Source: an uncultured virus (IMG/VR IMGVR_UViG_3300046170_000409) (lineage: Duplodnaviria; Heunggongvirae; Uroviricota; Caudoviricetes). From it: 20,000 nucleotides of DNA. The position numbers and the translations under genes were made by a program. Location of the stretch: the IMG/VR virus record IMGVR_UViG_3300046170_000409. The stretch is one strand, 5' to 3'. The notes under the pieces are model-generated. The model had not been told where the DNA came from. It searched no databases and worked only from the letters and a program-made list of their open reading frames with translations. This document shows, piece by piece, positions 16,115 through 20,000 of this stretch. Position 1 is the first letter of the stretch; each line of letters opens with the position of its first letter.

Positions 16115-16669
16115 TTATAATCCAAGTTGTTTTAGGAAATCTTTTCTTTCTTTAATTTTTCTGCGTTTTTCTTTTTGCATCATATAACGTTTAAGAAATG
16201 CTTTCATGTCTTTTTTACGTGCATCCATTTTCTTCCAATGTACTGGATCGTCTCCTGTTCCAACAACACCAGTGCCAGTGACATTAGCAGGAGCATCTTC
16301 CATAAGGTCTTTTAATTCTATATTACTTTCTTTTTCTAGATCGTCCATTGCTTGCATCCATCCCTCAATAAGTTCTTGTTCGCTATATTCCTTTGATGCA
16401 TCAGATTCCCTTATTAGAAATAATGCTGCAGCATATGAACCAAGTTTGGATTTACCACCAGGAACACGCTCAATTAATTTTTTAATGTTGAATACTAATC
16501 GGTCAAAATAACCATATGCTTTCTCCTCTTCTGGAGTCTCAGGTTTTTTGACACGTTTGCCTTTTTCATCAATTAAACCGAGTTTGTATGCCTCAGTCTT
16601 ATTAAATGGTGTCACTAATCTTTTAATAAATTGATATATTAAAACTAAATCTACAACTTTGTTTACCAT
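16115..16669 (-). CDS. conserved T4-like phage protein (gp61.1-like family)
   Basis: YQFIKRLVTPF..EAYKLGLIDEKG..FDRLVFNIKKLI..PGG..YAAALFLIRE, a pattern recalled from genes near primase in T4-like phages. Confidence 0.65.
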   Translation of the reverse strand: MVNKVVDLVLIYQFIKRLVTPFNKTEAYKLGLIDEKGKRVKKPETPEEEKAYGYFDRLVFNIKKLIERVPGGKSKLGSYAAALFLIRESDASKEYSEQELIEGWMQAMDDLEKESNIELKDLMEDAPANVTGTGVVGTGDDPVHWKKMDARKKDMKAFLKRYMMQKEKRRKIKERKDFLKQLGL

Positions 16670-16700
16670 TTGATATCCTATTTAATTGATGTCTCTGCTC

Positions 16701-16708
16701 TATTTATA
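16701..16708 (-). promoter_or_regulatory. T4-type late promoter
   Basis: TATAAATA in the intergenic gap upstream of ATG 16669. Confidence 0.75.
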
Positions 16709-16722
16709 AGATTAGAGAAGAC

Positions 16723-17112
16723 TTAAATATTCCTTATTGCTCTAACAATACCATCATCTAGTGAAATATCACTGTCTTTATAGATTCTGCCATTGATTTG
16801 TCCAAATATAGATGGGTTCCAATAACTTAATAACATCAAAAAAGGTTTGAGGCAGTCATGGTATCCCTCTAATTTGAGCAATAACATCCTTGTCATTGCA
16901 GGTGAGTCAAATACATTATATAAAACCATAAGATGATTAACAACTAATCTATCTCGTAGTTCTCCTGTTTCTTTATATTTACGAAACAATCTTTTGATAT
17001 AACGTATTTTTTTTAAATCGTCCTGAAACTCTAAGATATCCGTACAGTGTGGATTTTCATAATGTTTCATCGCAAATAGTTGGAAATTCTTTTCCGTCAA
17101 ATTTTCAAACAT
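16723..17112 (-). CDS. conserved T4-like phage hypothetical protein
   Basis: LTEKNF.LFAMKHY.NP.C...EF.DDL...RYIKRLF..RL..NH...LYNVF pattern recalled from aquatic T4-like phages. Confidence 0.7.
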   Translation of the reverse strand: MFENLTEKNFQLFAMKHYENPHCTDILEFQDDLKKIRYIKRLFRKYKETGELRDRLVVNHLMVLYNVFDSPAMTRMLLLKLEGYHDCLKPFLMLLSYWNPSIFGQINGRIYKDSDISLDDGIVRAIRNI

Positions 17113-17137
17113 AGTATATTTTTATCTCTAATATTAA

Positions 17138-17821
17138 TTAAAAGTCTGTGAGTGTTATCCTCTTAATTGTATTATTACTCACAGCAATATATAGGTGCGT
17201 ATTAGAGAAGAATATCTCTCCTTGTGATATTCCTTCAGTTGCAGCATTAGATGTTGATGGATTTGCTTTTGGTTCAAAGTTAAGTGTTTGTATATGTAAG
17301 TTTGATGTAAATATTTGACCAAATTGACCATTACCAGACACTTCAACAGTTGATACTGATGGATTAGGATCGTTAATTAAAACCAATAAAGAATTATTGG
17401 TTGCAATTGCATCTGCTTTTGTTTGAAATGTTGATGTTACATTTGCTATTGTTGTGTAATCGGTTTCCAGCATAGCATCAGTGATGGTGCCTGTGGTAAT
17501 AGTATTGTTAGCATGTAACTTACCATTACCACCAAGCATTGTAGTACCATCAATTTGTATACCCTTTGAACCAGTTGCATTTAAAGTGCCACTAACTGTT
17601 ACGTTTGCTGCAAATGTTGCCTTTGTTCCAGTGTAATTAGTATTTGCTTTAAATGTTACTCTTCCTTTATGCGTAGTTGTTGGAACAACGTTTGCAAAAA
17701 GGTTGTTTATTGTTAACTTATTTGATGTTGGTGTTCCTGACGGATCGTTGACAACCAACAATAGGTCATCACCACTAGCATTAGTGATTGCCGAAAGTTC
17801 ACTGACCTTTTTGTCTGCCAT
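17138..17821 (-). CDS. probable virion structural / fibre-like protein
   Basis: MADKKVSEL..DDLLLVV..NKLT N-terminus, T/N/G-rich body, GEIFFSNTHLYIAV..KRI C-terminus; SD AGGAG. Confidence 0.6.
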   Translation of the reverse strand: MADKKVSELSAITNASGDDLLLVVNDPSGTPTSNKLTINNLFANVVPTTTHKGRVTFKANTNYTGTKATFAANVTVSGTLNATGSKGIQIDGTTMLGGNGKLHANNTITTGTITDAMLETDYTTIANVTSTFQTKADAIATNNSLLVLINDPNPSVSTVEVSGNGQFGQIFTSNLHIQTLNFEPKANPSTSNAATEGISQGEIFFSNTHLYIAVSNNTIKRITLTDF

Positions 17822-17834
17822 TTAATTGCTCCTA

Positions 17835-18335
17835 TTATTCAGGAAGTTTATCGTCGTCTGCATCATCCCCAGTGATTGAAGAACCAGCAACAAGTGTTTC
17901 ATAGAACACTCTTCCTGCTCTACCACCAGTTCCCTCAGTTCTTTCTACCCATCCAGCATGTGAAATATTATCTGCTTCTGTTGATGCAGCATTAGCATAT
18001 GCCATCTCATCTGTAGAAACACCATAAACAGTGTTTGCATTAATATTCATTGAATGTGTAATATACTGTGGTTTTTGTGAAACGACATATGCACCATTTG
18101 ATTGTGCTCCAATAATTGCAGCACCAGATGCAGACTCAACAGTCATTACAGTTGCGTTTGAGATGGCAGTAATTCTATAATCATTCTTACCGACATCTAG
18201 ATATTCCCCAACAGCAAAATCTGTGTTAAACTTAGTATTAACACCAACGACTGTAGAGTTTGCAGCAGTTACTGTAACTGAAGCAGTCGCTGTATTTGTC
18301 TGTGGTACTTGGTCAAATTTACCCCAAAGTGACAT
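17835..18335 (-). CDS. probable virion structural protein
   Basis: MSLWGK N-terminus and HAGWV..GTGGRAGRVFYETLVA C-terminus; internal VVGVNTKF..VGEYL fibre-like motif; SD AGGAG. Confidence 0.65.
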   Translation of the reverse strand: MSLWGKFDQVPQTNTATASVTVTAANSTVVGVNTKFNTDFAVGEYLDVGKNDYRITAISNATVMTVESASGAAIIGAQSNGAYVVSQKPQYITHSMNINANTVYGVSTDEMAYANAASTEADNISHAGWVERTEGTGGRAGRVFYETLVAGSSITGDDADDDKLPE

Positions 18336-18362
18336 TGTTTCTTCTCCTTATTTACTATTAAT

Positions 18363-18370
18363 TATTTATG
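18363..18370 (-). promoter_or_regulatory. possible variant late promoter
   Basis: CATAAATA (one mismatch) overlapping the upstream stop codon. Confidence 0.4.
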
Positions 18371-19580
18371 CTAATTTTTTTGCCATCTTTGTGGCAGTTG
18401 CATACATTACTTCTTTATAACGATCGCCATATTTGTCTTTGAAATATTGTTCTTTATCTTTCATAGACTTAACTATTTCTTCACGTTTCTTTTCTTCAGC
18501 ATCAGACATTTCTGCTTCATCTAGATTTGGTTTAGTGTCAACCTTAGTTTGTTTACCACTTTTACCCACTTCTTTATATTCATCTTCACTATTATCTGAA
18601 TTATCTTTTTTCATTGCCTTAGAAATTGCTTTACGTTTTTTGTGGATATACTTATCAGAAGCATCCACATCTCCATCATTATCGATGTCTTTATCTTTAC
18701 GATCGGCGAATTTCTTTTTGACTGCTTTTTTATTTACTGGGTCAAGTTCTCCCTCTTCATCTTCTTCTTTTTCTTCTTTTTTAGTTTTGCATTTCATTTC
18801 GCCCATAAGCACTTGTTTAAGTGTTTCTTCAAAAGAAAGAGTTGTAGGAACAATTACTGCTTCATCTATTTGCTCTTGCTCTTCTGTTATGCTCTCTTCA
18901 GTTGCATTCATTTCTTCAAATTTTTTATCCATATCTTCTTTCACTTCAACTTCTTCACCCCATGATTTTAGAGGTTCTCCTAATAATTTACCTGCCATGC
19001 TATCTCCTTTAGGTCTTTTTAATTTAACAATTTTTAAATTAGATTTATTTTTACGAGAATGCATAGAATCCTTTACACCTTTCTCATCAGAAGCAGATGC
19101 AACAACTTCATCTTTAGAAGTATCAACAAGAACATATTTATGTTTAAGTGCTTCATTAACTTCTTCATTGAATTGTCTGTGCATTCTTTTAAGTTCTCTT
19201 GCATTCATACCTGCTTGATTATTATACTTCTTAATAAAATCTCTTTCACTCATCTCTTGAGCATCCATTTGCATATCTAAAAACATATCACCCATTTTGC
19301 TTTCTTTTACAACTTCCTCAGTCTTCTCTGAAGAAAGATAATCACGAACACTGTCCATATAATCTACTGCTTTGGTTAATTTTGATTGTACCCATTCTGG
19401 AAGATTATCATCTTTTTCAATCATTTTCATGAGTTCGGAAACTGCACTCTGAGCAGTCTTTAACTGAGACAATGCCATTCCACCCTCATCGTTATATTCG
19501 GAATCGTTTTCTGGTTTCTCAGACTCTTGTTCTGCCAGTGGTTTTTCCTGCATATTTCTTATTGCGTCTATTAAACTCAT
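18366..19580 (-). CDS. highly charged (E/K-rich) late protein, putative internal head protein
   Basis: Modules LPEWVQSKLTKAVDY, DIDNDGDVDASD and YATATKMAKK separated by acidic linkers containing [VIL]xE; preceded by a late promoter. Confidence 0.55.
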   Translation of the reverse strand: MSLIDAIRNMQEKPLAEQESEKPENDSEYNDEGGMALSQLKTAQSAVSELMKMIEKDDNLPEWVQSKLTKAVDYMDSVRDYLSSEKTEEVVKESKMGDMFLDMQMDAQEMSERDFIKKYNNQAGMNARELKRMHRQFNEEVNEALKHKYVLVDTSKDEVVASASDEKGVKDSMHSRKNKSNLKIVKLKRPKGDSMAGKLLGEPLKSWGEEVEVKEDMDKKFEEMNATEESITEEQEQIDEAVIVPTTLSFEETLKQVLMGEMKCKTKKEEKEEDEEGELDPVNKKAVKKKFADRKDKDIDNDGDVDASDKYIHKKRKAISKAMKKDNSDNSEDEYKEVGKSGKQTKVDTKPNLDEAEMSDAEEKKREEIVKSMKDKEQYFKDKYGDRYKEVMYATATKMAKKLA

Positions 19581-19614
19581 TGTTTTATACCCTATATCTA
19601 ATTAAATCTGTTCC

Positions 19615-19622
19615 TATTTATA
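19615..19622 (-). promoter_or_regulatory. T4-type late promoter
   Basis: TATAAATA overlapping the stop of the cupin-like gene, upstream of ATG 19580. Confidence 0.7.
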
Positions 19623-19905
19623 ATATTTCCATTATTCGTAGGATTAGGTTGGTTGAACCCTTATGTAATCTATGATAGACTAAAGATTCAACCTTAAACT
19701 TCATCCCAACATTTATAACAAAAGGAAGTTCGTTATCATATTGAAACTTCCAATCCTCTCCCTCTAGCACCTCAACATAGCGATCTTTTTTATCTCTATG
19801 CCAAACTAATTCTTCATTAAGAACAGACTGGTCAAACGTTCGAATGATACAATCTTCTTTCTTAATTTGAGTATATGGTTTACCAGAAGAACGATCCACC
19901 ACCAC
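19618..19905 (-). CDS. small cupin-like phage protein
   Basis: LVWHRD..V.VLEG..W.FQ.DNELP..YHRL.KG. GTG start is uncertain. Confidence 0.65.
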   Translation of the reverse strand: MVVDRSSGKPYTQIKKEDCIIRTFDQSVLNEELVWHRDKKDRYVEVLEGEDWKFQYDNELPFVINVGMKFKVESLVYHRLHKGSTNLILRIMEIL

Positions 19906-20000
19906 TCAATCCTAATTCTTTTGCATAATAAGGAAGTCTACATGCCCAATATCCAGGTTTTGTTTTATCTTTTTTCTGGTCACATTTATGTCTTGCAACA
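19880..20000 (-). CDS. 3' end of a conserved T4-like phage protein (partial)
   Basis: ..VARHKCDQKKDKTKPGYWACRLPYYAKELGLSGGGSFFW*; the ARH-x-C..KD..YW-x-CR motif is recalled from aquatic myophages. Confidence 0.65.
   Translation of the reverse strand, partial: VARHKCDQKKDKTKPGYWACRLPYYAKELGLSGGGSFFW

Noticed and set aside
16691..16722. Imperfect inverted repeat around the late promoter (CTCTA..TAGAG, GTCT..AGAC)
   Set aside because: Short and interrupted, with no U-tract, and it does not cover the SD; could be chance.
18433..19218. 261-aa plus-strand ORF
   Set aside because: Ser/Leu/Phe-rich antisense shadow of the E/K-rich minus-strand gene; no recognisable motifs.
1..20000. tRNAs, CRISPR arrays, introns or inteins in nrdA, nrdB and primase, IS elements
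   Set aside because: None seen by eye. Once the small ORFs are included, intergenic gaps are about 100 nt or less, and the core genes show no insertions. Covariance-model scans were not run.

Overview
AT-rich segment of a T4-like (myovirus-type) phage genome, probably from an aquatic environment. All credible genes are on the minus strand. In transcription order (20000 to 1): a late block of structural and conserved T4-like genes with TATAAATA late promoters; DNA primase gp61; a TagD-like cytidylyltransferase; class Ia nrdA; a glutaredoxin-nrdB fusion interrupted by a +1 frameshift; a zinc-ribbon protein; a GIY-YIG nuclease; a coupled glycan-tailoring cluster (TylF-like methyltransferase, sulfotransferase, GT-A glycosyltransferase, GT-A/KpsS-like fusion); an early cassette behind a consensus sigma70 promoter with an IHF-like site (small proteins, DUF3445 heme N-demethylase-like protein, nucleotide-sugar epimerase, two 2OG-Fe(II) oxygenase-like genes); a WYL_2-like protein; a GT4 glycosyltransferase; and the probable start of RNase H. 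Six small ORFs missing from the ORF track fill the apparent gaps. Family calls come from motif recognition only; no database searches were run.
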